From the NCBI GenBank assembly GCA_963693025.1, contig OY843749.1, positions 2,573,617-2,637,616 on the forward strand: 64,000 nucleotides of DNA, in the 5' to 3' direction. Positions 41,613 to 49,854 of this stretch are shown here, in pieces. Position 1 is the first letter of the stretch; each line of letters begins with the position of its first letter. The notes beneath the pieces were generated by a model. It ran no database searches. It had not been told where the DNA came from and was given only the letters and a program-made list of their open reading frames with translations. Made by a program: the position numbers and the translations under genes. The DNA comes from Arenicellales bacterium (GTDB lineage Bacteria > Pseudomonadota > Gammaproteobacteria > Arenicellales > Poriferihabitantaceae).

Positions 41613-41640
41613 AACCTAGTAAAATACTCGGTTTTAGGTT
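41613..41640 (+). promoter_or_regulatory. Imperfect palindrome upstream of iscR, possible Rrf2/IscR operator
   Basis: AACCTAGTAAAATACTCGGTTTTAGGTT has outer arms AACCTA/TAGGTT. Its core AAATACTCGG resembles the TACTCGG element of E. coli IscR type-1 sites. It lies about 80 nt upstream of the iscR ATG. Confidence 0.35.
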
Positions 41641-41721
41641 ATGCTCCGCGCTTTCCACCGCCGGCGTCGGCGGTACAGGGCAATACAGGCAATCAAGCCA
41701 ACCCAACCCAAGCCATTTTCA

Positions 41722-42189
41722 ATGCGACTAACCACCAAAGGGCGCTATGCCGTCACCGCGATGATTGATTTGGCGATGCACCAGCCGGATGGGCCGGTCA
41801 CGCTCAAAAGCATAGCAGAAAATCAGGGGATTTCGCTGGCGTATCTGGAGCAGTTGTTTTCCATGTTGCGGCGGCGCGATTTGGTGGTCGGTGTGCGCGG
41901 TCCGGGCGGGGGGTATGTGCTGGCGCGCGATGTTGACCGCATCAGTATGGCGGACATTGTGGTGGCGGTGGATGAGCCGCTCGACATTACGCAATGCGAC
42001 GGGCGCGAAGATTGTCACGACGGCAAGCGTTGTTTGTCGCACGATTTGTGGAGTGAGTTGAGCGATGAACTGTATTCCTTTCTCAACGGCATCCGGCTGG
42101 GTGAGTTGATGCGCCGTAGCGGTCTTGGGCGCGCGTCCGCCGACAGCGGCTCGCGGCAGGTGCCGATGCCGAGTTTGAATGAACGTTAA
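41722..42189 (+). CDS. iscR: Rrf2-family Fe-S cluster regulator IscR
   Basis: MRLTTKGRYAVTAMIDLA... with cluster ligands C-x5-C-x5-C-x2-H (CDGREDCHDGKRCLSH). Confidence 0.88.
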   Translation: MRLTTKGRYAVTAMIDLAMHQPDGPVTLKSIAENQGISLAYLEQLFSMLRRRDLVVGVRGPGGGYVLARDVDRISMADIVVAVDEPLDITQCDGREDCHDGKRCLSHDLWSELSDELYSFLNGIRLGELMRRSGLGRASADSGSRQVPMPSLNER

Positions 42190-42210
42190 ATCTAAAACGA
42201 GCAATTATCA

Positions 42211-43662
42211 ATGAGCACTACCGAAAGAGACCTGGCGACGCTGGTTCAGCGTGAATACAAAGAAGGTTTTGTGACCGACATCGACGCCGACACGCTGCCG
42301 CCCGGCTTGGATGAAGATGTCATCCGCGCCATTTCATCCAAGAAGGGCGAGCCTGAATTTATGCTTGAATGGCGACTGGAAGCGTATCGGCGCTGGCTTG
42401 CGATGGCGCAGCCGCAGTGGGCGCAAGTGCACTATCCGCCCATCGATTATCAAGCCATCAGTTACTACTCCGCGCCCAAGCAGGTAGAGTTGCTGGACAG
42501 CCTCGACGAAGTCGACCCGAAACTGCTCGAGACTTACGAAAAACTCGGTATTCCCATCGACGAGCAGAAGACGCTGGCGGGCGTCAAGGTGGCGGTGGAT
42601 GCGGTGTTTGACAGCGTGTCGGTGGCGACCACTTTCAAGAAAACGCTGTCCGAAGCGGGCGTGATTTTTTGTTCGTTCTCCGAGGCGGTCGCGGATTTTC
42701 CCGAACTGGTGCGACGCTATCTCGGCTCGGTGGTGCCGCCGGGCGACAATTATTACGCGGCGTTGAACTCGGCGGTGTTCAGCGACGGCTCATTCGTCTA
42801 TATCCCCAAGGGCGTGCGCTGCCCAATGGAATTGTCCACCTACTTCCGCATCAACGCGATGAACACCGGGCAGTTTGAGCGCACGCTAATCGTCGCCGAC
42901 GAGGACAGTTATGTCAGTTACCTCGAAGGATGCACCGCGCCGATGCGCGATGAAAATCAGTTGCACGCGGCGGTGGTTGAACTAGTGGCGATGAAGGGCG
43001 CGCAGATTAAATATTCCACGGTGCAGAACTGGTATCCCGGCGACGAGCAGGGCAGGGGGGGGATTTACAACTTCGTCACCAAGCGCGGCGCGTGCCGCGG
43101 GGATGGCGCCAAGATTTCATGGACGCAAGTGGAAACCGGCTCGGCAATCACCTGGAAATATCCCAGCGTGCTGCTCGAAGGCGACAACTCCATCGGCGAG
43201 TTCTACTCGGTGGCGCTGACCAACAACTACCAACAAGCCGACACCGGCACCAAGATGGTGCACATCGGCAAGAACACCGGCAGCACCATCATCTCCAAAG
43301 GCATCTCCGCGGGCCATGGCCAGAACGCCTACCGCGGCCTGGTCAAAGTAATCGCCGGCGCCGAAAACGCGCGCAACTATTCGCAATGCGACTCGCTCCT
43401 GATGGGCGACCAATGCGGCGCGCACACCTACCCCTACATGGAAATCAAAAACCCAACCGCCGTAGTAGAACACGAAGCCACCACCTCCCGCATAGGCGAA
43501 GACCAGTTGTTCTACTGCCGCCAACGCGGTCTGTCGGAAGAGGATGCGTTGTCGATGATTGTCAATGGGTTTTGTAAGGAAGTGTTTAAGGAGTTGCCGA
43601 TGGAGTTTGCGGTTGAAGCGCAGAAGTTGCTGGGGATTAGTTTGGAGGGGGCGGTGGGGTGA
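42211..43662 (+). CDS. sufB: Fe-S cluster assembly scaffold SufB
   Basis: 483 aa. ...[13 protein letters not shown]... and ...[24 protein letters not shown]... are typical of SufB. Confidence 0.95.
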   Translation: MSTTERDLATLVQREYKEGFVTDIDADTLPPGLDEDVIRAISSKKGEPEFMLEWRLEAYRRWLAMAQPQWAQVHYPPIDYQAISYYSAPKQVELLDSLDEVDPKLLETYEKLGIPIDEQKTLAGVKVAVDAVFDSVSVATTFKKTLSEAGVIFCSFSEAVADFPELVRRYLGSVVPPGDNYYAALNSAVFSDGSFVYIPKGVRCPMELSTYFRINAMNTGQFERTLIVADEDSYVSYLEGCTAPMRDENQLHAAVVELVAMKGAQIKYSTVQNWYPGDEQGRGGIYNFVTKRGACRGDGAKISWTQVETGSAITWKYPSVLLEGDNSIGEFYSVALTNNYQQADTGTKMVHIGKNTGSTIISKGISAGHGQNAYRGLVKVIAGAENARNYSQCDSLLMGDQCGAHTYPYMEIKNPTAVVEHEATTSRIGEDQLFYCRQRGLSEEDALSMIVNGFCKEVFKELPMEFAVEAQKLLGISLEGAVG

Positions 43663-43695
43663 TGGGTTTCTTAACGCGACCAACAACAACAACGC

Positions 43696-43893
43696 CGTCA
43701 TTCTCGAGCGTTAGTGTCCGTTGCCGCCGCGCTTTTTCTTTTGCGGCGGCTTACCGGACACTTGCGTCCTCGGGAATCTCCCTAAGGTTGGCACGGTCTT
43801 TGTTGGAGTCCACGGTAGCCTTATGGAGATTCCCGAATCGAAGAAAATATGGTCGCCTGTCGGCTCCCTATTTTCTACCGTTCGAGAATGACG
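43696..43893 (+). mobile_element. MITE-like TIR element, short form (198 bp)
   Basis: CGTCATTCTCGAGCG at 43696 and CGTTCGAGAATGACG at 43879-43893. Lies directly after the sufB stop. Confidence 0.85.
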
Positions 43894-44004
43894 GGGTTGT
43901 GGAATTTGTGATGGAGGGTGGGAGTTGTTTGTTTAGTTTGGATGGGGCGGTTGGTTAGCGACCGCGTGATTGTTATTTTTGCTTCGACATCAAGAGAGAA
44001 AACG

Positions 44005-44976
44005 ATGGCTTATACATTTTTAAATTTAGCGCGTGATGTGCTGAAAGACGCACCTACCCCGCTTGCCTATGTTGAAATCTGGGAACAAGCAAAACAGAGC
44101 GGATTGGCTCAGAAACTCAACACGCAAGGCGCGACACCGCAGGCGACGCTGGGTGCAAGGCTCTCAACTGATATTCTTCACAACAAAGATGACTCGATAT
44201 TTGTTCGAATTGGCAGGAGACCGCAACGATATTTTTTGAAAAACCGTTTGCACGAAATCGATGCGAACGCCATACCCAAATTAGATGAATTGAATGGTGC
44301 AACTACTGCGAAAACAGTAGGCTATGAGGAAAAAGACTTACACCCGCTACTGGCATATTTTGCATATACCAACGATAACTTTTCGGGGCAAAGGCAAATT
44401 TACACCAAAACGATCAAGCACCAAAGGACGAGGGTGAGAGCACTCAGGGAGTGGTTGCATCCTGATATGGTGGGCGTATATTTTCCTTTTGAAGACTTGG
44501 AAAAAAGCGTAATTAAGTTGAGCGGATCTCTTAATTCCAACTCCGTTTTTCAACTGTTCTCGTTTGAATTAAAACGAAGCATAGACAGAGGCAATTACCG
44601 AGAATATTTTTTCCAAGCGGTGTCAAATTCATCCTGGGCGCATGAAGGCTATCTTGTGGCCGCGGAAATATCGGGAGACGATGAACTCCGAAGAGAACTC
44701 GGGCGGCTCACCAATGCATTTGGTATCGGTGTGATTCATTTGAACGTTAAAGACATCGCCGCTTCCGACGTGCTATTCAGGGCGAGCACTAAAGCAGAAT
44801 TGGACTGGGAGACGATTAACAAGTTATGCACGGTGAACGAAGATTTTGCGTCGTTTATTAATCGGCTGAACACCGATTTTGGCGCAGGCCAAATTCATCA
44901 AACAGAATACGATGCGATTATTACGGACCCGGCCACTTATGTTCGGGAGAAACTTAAAATAGATGCGGTTGAATAA
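44005..44976 (+). CDS. HARE-HTH-like winged-helix domain fused to PD-(D/E)xK-like nuclease domain (uncharacterised)
   Basis: 323 aa from MAYTFLNLARDVL. The N-terminal about 80 aa (TPQATLGARLSTDILHNKDDSIFVRIGRRPQRYFLK) fit the HARE-HTH pattern. The C-terminal half has EEKDLHP / WLHPDMVGVYF / LFSFELKRS, which is E...PD...ExK spacing. AT-rich relative to the flanks. Confidence 0.6.
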   Translation: MAYTFLNLARDVLKDAPTPLAYVEIWEQAKQSGLAQKLNTQGATPQATLGARLSTDILHNKDDSIFVRIGRRPQRYFLKNRLHEIDANAIPKLDELNGATTAKTVGYEEKDLHPLLAYFAYTNDNFSGQRQIYTKTIKHQRTRVRALREWLHPDMVGVYFPFEDLEKSVIKLSGSLNSNSVFQLFSFELKRSIDRGNYREYFFQAVSNSSWAHEGYLVAAEISGDDELRRELGRLTNAFGIGVIHLNVKDIAASDVLFRASTKAELDWETINKLCTVNEDFASFINRLNTDFGAGQIHQTEYDAIITDPATYVREKLKIDAVE

Positions 44977-44997
44977 ACCGCAAAATGGAACTAACCC

Positions 44998-45135
44998 ATG
45001 CTAACCATCAAAAACCTACACGCCACCGTCGACGACAAACCCATCCTCAACGGCATCAACCTCACCATCAAAGCCGGTGAAATCCACGCCGTTATGGGTC
45101 CCAACGGCTCCGGCAAAAGCACGCCGGCAAGGTGA
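44998..45135 (+). pseudogene. sufC: sufC 5-prime fragment, copy 1 (45 codons then TGA)
   Basis: [42 protein letters not shown] then PAR*. Homology to sufC (47728) ends at about 45128. Confidence 0.9.
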
Positions 45136-45145
45136 AGCGTAAAAA

Positions 45146-45997
45146 ATGAAAACCATAGCCACAATTAATTTCAAGGGCGGGGTCGGCAAGACCACCACTA
45201 CTTGGTGTTTGGGGGATGTGTTGTCAACGCAGCCAAATTCGACTGTGTTGCTGGTCGACTTGGATGCGCAAGCATCGCTGACTGATTCTCTGGCGCTTCT
45301 GACTGATATTGATGACTTTCGATACTGGAAAGAAGCAAGAGAAACAAACGCTCAAACAACATTTGCGGTGCTGCAAAAATTCTTAACGGCGGAAAAAGGG
45401 TTTGATTTTCAACCCGGCGACAACTACATCTACAAATTGAAAGAAGGGTTTCATTTCATTCCTTCCACCGCCGACCTGTATTGGATGAGTTTAAATTCTT
45501 TTGACCCTGAAAAGGGAAGAGTGTTTGTCAGGCGTTTGCTTGAGAAAATCGAAAACTCCGCTGACCTGCCAAAATATGACTATGTTATTTTTGACTGTCC
45601 GCCATCGTTCACAACGCTCTCTTACAGCGTTTGCACCTGTTGCGATTTGATTTTGTTGCCGGTCAATCCGGACTTTTTTGCGGCGCGAGGTGTTGAAATA
45701 CTGCTAACCGGGCTCAAAGAACGAATTGAAGCGCGCCCGCTGCCGCAGGTGGCAGTTTTTGCAAACCGGGTAAAAACTTGGCGGCGGCCGACAAAATTAT
45801 CGAGACAATGGATTGCTGATGTGCAGGATGCTTGCGCAGAGATGAGGAGCAGATGGGGCATTGATGTGCGTTATCTGGACGCGTGGATCCCGGACCGCGC
45901 CGCGATACGCGATGCGATACCAAGCCGCAATACCCCGCGCAGACATTTTCGTGATTTCATCAATCTTTGGGAAGAAGCGGGAGGTAAATTGAAATGA
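45146..45997 (+). CDS. ParA/Soj-family ATPase (283 aa)
   Basis: Deviant Walker A INFKGGVGKTTTT, LLVDLDAQAS, and Walker B DYVIFDCPPS. The start lies 10 nt after the stop of sufC fragment 1. Confidence 0.85.
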   Translation: MKTIATINFKGGVGKTTTTWCLGDVLSTQPNSTVLLVDLDAQASLTDSLALLTDIDDFRYWKEARETNAQTTFAVLQKFLTAEKGFDFQPGDNYIYKLKEGFHFIPSTADLYWMSLNSFDPEKGRVFVRRLLEKIENSADLPKYDYVIFDCPPSFTTLSYSVCTCCDLILLPVNPDFFAARGVEILLTGLKERIEARPLPQVAVFANRVKTWRRPTKLSRQWIADVQDACAEMRSRWGIDVRYLDAWIPDRAAIRDAIPSRNTPRRHFRDFINLWEEAGGKLK

Positions 45998-46482
45998 CAG
46001 ATGACAATTTTTGGGGTGACAAAGCGGAATACATTCAGAAGTTAGCCAGTGAGGTGGCTGGGCTGAAGGGCGTGGTGCAAGATGTTTCACAACAAATCAG
46101 GCGCATTGAGCGGCGCATTGATTTAGTCCTGCCCGAAAAGCCCCGGGAAAAAGGGCGAAAGACCCCCGTCAACGGCGGGCGTCGCCCGGCGAAAGCGCCG
46201 ACCATGAGTGAAATCGAAGCGCGTCAAACCATTAAAAGGTTGACGGATAAACTTCACGAGCGCGGCACGATGGAATCCGTTCAAGCGGAATTGCGCAGTA
46301 TGACGGTGAAGCATGGACTGACACCCATCGCGCGCGAGTTGGGCATGACCAACACCGCGCTGCCGCCCAAGACCGAACTGGTGCTGAACATCATCACCCG
46401 GCTCCGCCAAAGCGTAATGCTGACCGAAAACATCCGTAAGATGTCCCGCGTTGCCGAAGAGGAAGAACATTTTGGAAACTAA
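45994..46482 (+). CDS. Hypothetical 162-aa protein, translationally coupled to the ParA-like gene
   Basis: ATGA overlap with the upstream gene. It has an N-terminal coiled-coil-like segment, a basic linker ([23 protein letters not shown]) and a C-terminal segment ([38 protein letters not shown]) resembling a helix-extension-helix (SAP/Rho-N-like) motif. No family recognised. Confidence 0.55.
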   Translation: MTDDNFWGDKAEYIQKLASEVAGLKGVVQDVSQQIRRIERRIDLVLPEKPREKGRKTPVNGGRRPAKAPTMSEIEARQTIKRLTDKLHERGTMESVQAELRSMTVKHGLTPIARELGMTNTALPPKTELVLNIITRLRQSVMLTENIRKMSRVAEEEEHFGN

Positions 46483-46486
46483 CCCC

Positions 46487-46672
46487 ATGCTAACCATCAA
46501 AAACCTACACGCCAACGTCGACGACAAACCCATCCTCAACGGCATCAACCTCACCATCAACGCCGGTGAAATCCACGCCGTTATGGGTCCCAATGGCTCC
46601 GGAAAAAGCACGCTGGCGAATGTGCTGGTGGAGCGCGGCCAGTATGAGGTGAGCGGTGGGGCGAGCCAATGA
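46487..46672 (+). pseudogene. sufC: sufC 5-prime fragment, copy 2 (61 codons then TGA)
   Basis: [58 protein letters not shown] then ASQ*. Its stop overlaps the cytochrome c ATG (ATGA at 46669). Confidence 0.9.
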
Positions 46673-47127
46673 AAAAGCGGACAACTATCGGTCTGACCGC
46701 CGTGCTTGTCGCGCTCGGCGCCGGTCTTTTTGTTTTCCGCGGCGGAAGTTCCCCGGAAAATCCGAGTGCCGTTGGCGGGCGGTGGTATTCAGCGGCGATG
46801 GTTTCCTCCGGCGCGCGTATATTTGCGGCGAATTGCGCTTCCTGTCATGGCGCGTCCGGCGAAGGCGCGGCGAATTGGCAACTGCGCGGCGCCGACGGTT
46901 TTTTCCCGCCGCCGCCGCTCAACGGCAGCGGCCATACCTGGCACCATCCACTGAGCGCGTTGCGCGCCACCATTGAGCGCGGCGGCACCGCTTTCGGCGG
47001 CAAAATGCCGGCGTTCAAGGGGCAACTCGACCGCCGCCGGCAAGACGCCGTCATCGCCTATATCCAGAGCCTCTGGCCCAGCGCAATCTACACGGCATGG
47101 GCGCAACAAATCGAACGCATTAATTGA
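46669..47127 (+). CDS. Mono-heme c-type cytochrome with N-terminal signal/anchor
   Basis: 152 aa. Hydrophobic N-terminus [18 protein letters not shown], heme motif CASCH, distal Met candidate GGKMPAF. Confidence 0.8.
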   Translation: MKKRTTIGLTAVLVALGAGLFVFRGGSSPENPSAVGGRWYSAAMVSSGARIFAANCASCHGASGEGAANWQLRGADGFFPPPPLNGSGHTWHHPLSALRATIERGGTAFGGKMPAFKGQLDRRRQDAVIAYIQSLWPSAIYTAWAQQIERIN

Positions 47128-47152
47128 TGCGGCATCTTTTTGCTTAACTGTG

Positions 47153-47701
47153 ATGAAAGACACCAAAGAAAAACTATCGCCGCTTAGCGTCGCGTTGCAC
47201 TGGACGGTCGGCCTCTTTGTGATCGCCATGCTCGCGCTCGGTTTGGCGATGGAATCCTATGAGTTGTTTTTCCTATACCCGGTTCACAAGTCCATCGGCA
47301 TTTTATTGTTCGTTGTGATTGTATGGCGCGTATACTGGCGTTTGTTCAACGGCTGGTTGCCGCCGCTTGGAAATTACCCGCATTGGCGGCGGATGTTGGC
47401 GCGCGCTTCGCATTGGGTTTTACTTGCCGGCACATTGTGGATGCCGTTATCGGGGATGCTGATGTCCGCGCTCGGCGGGAGCGGATTGACGGTGTTCGGC
47501 ATTGCGTTGCTGGCGGCGAACCGCGACGCCAACGGCAAGATAATCGCTTACAACGAGTCGCTGGCGCATTTTGCGCACACGCTGCATGCGCTCGGCGGTA
47601 AAATTTTAATCGCGGTGATTACGCTGCATGTTTGCGCGGCGCTTCATCATCATTTCATTGAAAAAGACAACGTGCTGCGCAGAATGCTGGCGCGCCTTTA
47701 A
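47153..47701 (+). CDS. Cytochrome b561 family membrane protein (CybB-like)
   Basis: 182 aa with 4 predicted TM segments and conserved His positions (SVALHW, PVHKSIG, ASHWVLL, HTLHALG...HHHFIEKDNVLRRM). Start chosen at ATG 47153. Confidence 0.78.
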   Translation: MKDTKEKLSPLSVALHWTVGLFVIAMLALGLAMESYELFFLYPVHKSIGILLFVVIVWRVYWRLFNGWLPPLGNYPHWRRMLARASHWVLLAGTLWMPLSGMLMSALGGSGLTVFGIALLAANRDANGKIIAYNESLAHFAHTLHALGGKILIAVITLHVCAALHHHFIEKDNVLRRMLARL

Positions 47702-47721
47702 CCTGAAACTTAACCTGAAAC
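47698..47721 (+). repeat. Perfect 12-bp tandem duplication TTAACCTGAAAC x2 at the cassette/sufC junction
   Basis: Read directly. It spans the cytochrome b561 stop and ends 6 nt before the sufC ATG. It contains the GAAACT(T)AACC motif shared by the leaders of all three sufC copies. Confidence 0.85.
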
Positions 47722-47727
47722 CGAAAA

Positions 47728-48483
47728 ATGCTAACTATCAAAAACCTATCCGCCAACGTCGACGGCAAGCCCATCCTCAACGGCATCAACCTTGAAATAA
47801 AAGCCGGCGAAATCCACGCCGTTATGGGTCCCAACGGCTCCGGTAAAAGCACGCTGGCGAATGTGTTGGCGGGGCGGGAAGGGTATGAAGTGACCGGCGG
47901 AAAGGTGCGGTATAAGGAGCGGGATTTGCTGGAGATGGCGCCGGAGATTCGGGCGCGGGAGGGGGTGTTTTTGGCGTTTCAGTATCCGGTTGAGATTCCG
48001 GGGGTGACCAATCTTTACTTGCTCAAGGCGTCGCTCAATGCGATTCGCAAGCATCGTGGCGATGACGAGTTGAACGCGGTGGAGTTTCTTAAACTGATTA
48101 AGGAAAAGGCCGCGCTGGTGAAAATGAGCGAGGAGTTTTTGTATCGCTCGATTAACGAAGGCTTTTCCGGCGGCGAGAAAAAGCGCAACGAGATTTTGCA
48201 GATGGCGCTGCTTGAGCCGACCTTGAGCGTGCTCGATGAAACCGATTCGGGGCTGGACATAGACGCGCTGAAAGTCGTCGCCGACGGCGTCAACACGTTG
48301 CGCGGCGACGACCGCGCGATGCTGGTGGTGACGCATTACCAACGCTTGCTGGACTACATCGTGCCGGACTTCGTGCATGTGCTGCACGGCGGGCGCATCG
48401 TGCGCTCCGGCGACAAATCGCTGGCGCTGGAACTGGAGCGCGAGGGCTACGGCTGGCTGGCGGAGCAGGCGGCGGCGCCATGA
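47728..48483 (+). CDS. sufC: Fe-S cluster assembly ATPase SufC (intact copy)
   Basis: 251 aa. Walker [10 protein letters not shown], signature FSGGEKKR, Walker B LSVLDETDSGLD. Confidence 0.95.
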   Translation: MLTIKNLSANVDGKPILNGINLEIKAGEIHAVMGPNGSGKSTLANVLAGREGYEVTGGKVRYKERDLLEMAPEIRAREGVFLAFQYPVEIPGVTNLYLLKASLNAIRKHRGDDELNAVEFLKLIKEKAALVKMSEEFLYRSINEGFSGGEKKRNEILQMALLEPTLSVLDETDSGLDIDALKVVADGVNTLRGDDRAMLVVTHYQRLLDYIVPDFVHVLHGGRIVRSGDKSLALELEREGYGWLAEQAAAP

Positions 48484-49802
48484 ATCCTGCCGCCGCGCAC
48501 TATCTCGACCAGTGCCGCGCGCTCGCCGGCGAGTTGCCGGGGCGCCGGGTCGGGTGGTTGCAAGACCGCCGCCGCGCCGCGCTGGCGCGTTTTGAGGAAG
48601 TCGGTTTTCCAAGCCAACGCGATGAAGACTGGCGCTACACCGCCACGCGCCCAATCACCGCGAAGCGCTTTCACACCGCCGCCGACCGCGACCCGTCCCC
48701 GCCTGTCACGGCGGCGCAACTCGACGCCCTGCGCATCAAAGGGCTGCAAAGCCACCGGCTGGTTTTTGTTGACGGCCTGTTTTGCGCGGCGTTGTCCGAC
48801 CGCAGCGAGGCGGGCGCCGCGAGCGGGGTGGTGGTTGAATCGCTGGCGCGCGTGCTTGAGGAGCGCCCCGAATGCGTCGAGCACGCGCTCGGCTCGGTCA
48901 CGCCGCGCAAGCAGCACGGTTTCACCGCCCTCAACAACGCCTGCATCCGCGACGGCGTGGCGGTGCTGCTCGACGCCAACGCGCGCCCGGCGGCGCCGGT
49001 GGAAATGCTGTTCATCAGCGCCGCCGAAGACGGCTTCGCCCAGCCGCGCAACCTCGTCATCGCGGGCAAGGCAAGCAAAGCCGGTTTGATTGAGCGCCAC
49101 TTGTCGGTCGGCGAGCACGCCGCCTTCACCAACAGCGCCACCGAAATCGTGCTGGGCGAGCGCGCGGAAATCGACTACTACCTGGTGCAGACGCAGTCGC
49201 CGGCGGCGCATCATATTTGCGGCATCTGGGCGAAGCAGGCGCGCGCCAGCCGCTTCCGTTGCCACACCGTCACCCTCGGCGGTGCGCTGGTGCGCAACGA
49301 CCTCGGCGTTGAGTTGGCGGGCGAGCAGGCGCACTGCGACATGCTCGGGCTATACCATATTGCCGGCACGCAACACGTCGACAATCACACGACGATGACC
49401 CACGCCGCCGAAAATTGCAGCAGTCGTGAACTCTATAAAGGCGTGCTCGATGCGCGCTCGCGGGCGGTGTTTCACGGGCGCATCGTGGTAGCAAAGGGCG
49501 CCCAGCAAACCAACGCCGCGCAAACCAACAACAACTTGCTGCTGTCGCGCGGCGCCGAAATCGACAGCAAGCCGCAACTGGAAATTTACGCGGACGATGT
49601 CAAATGCTCGCACGGCGCAACGGTCGGGCGAATCGACGCCGACGCGCTGTTCTACCTGCGCTCGCGCGGCCTCGGCGAGGCCGAAGCCCGCGCGCTGCTG
49701 ACCTTCGCTTTTGTCAACGATGTGGTCGGCGAAATCGCCATCGGCGAACTCAGAGAAGCGCTGGCGGACACGCTCGCCCAACACTTGACGGACAACCCGT
49801 GA
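48480..49802 (+). CDS. sufD: Fe-S cluster assembly protein SufD
   Basis: 440 aa. Overlaps the sufC stop. The C-terminal beta-helix region resembles SufB/D (GAEIDSKPQLEIYADDVKCSHGATVG). Confidence 0.9.
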   Translation: MNPAAAHYLDQCRALAGELPGRRVGWLQDRRRAALARFEEVGFPSQRDEDWRYTATRPITAKRFHTAADRDPSPPVTAAQLDALRIKGLQSHRLVFVDGLFCAALSDRSEAGAASGVVVESLARVLEERPECVEHALGSVTPRKQHGFTALNNACIRDGVAVLLDANARPAAPVEMLFISAAEDGFAQPRNLVIAGKASKAGLIERHLSVGEHAAFTNSATEIVLGERAEIDYYLVQTQSPAAHHICGIWAKQARASRFRCHTVTLGGALVRNDLGVELAGEQAHCDMLGLYHIAGTQHVDNHTTMTHAAENCSSRELYKGVLDARSRAVFHGRIVVAKGAQQTNAAQTNNNLLLSRGAEIDSKPQLEIYADDVKCSHGATVGRIDADALFYLRSRGLGEAEARALLTFAFVNDVVGEIAIGELREALADTLAQHLTDNP

Positions 49803-49854
49803 CCGCCCGCATACCAACCCAAACACGAACCCGAACCCGAACCGGAACCCCGCT

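Noticed and set aside
46451-46672. A 73-aa ORF ([19 protein letters not shown]...) as an independent small gene.
   Set aside because: Its body is the sufC 5-prime relic, and the extra N-terminal 12 codons overlap the end of the preceding 162-aa gene. It is treated as a pseudogene fragment, although translation from ATG 46487 remains possible.
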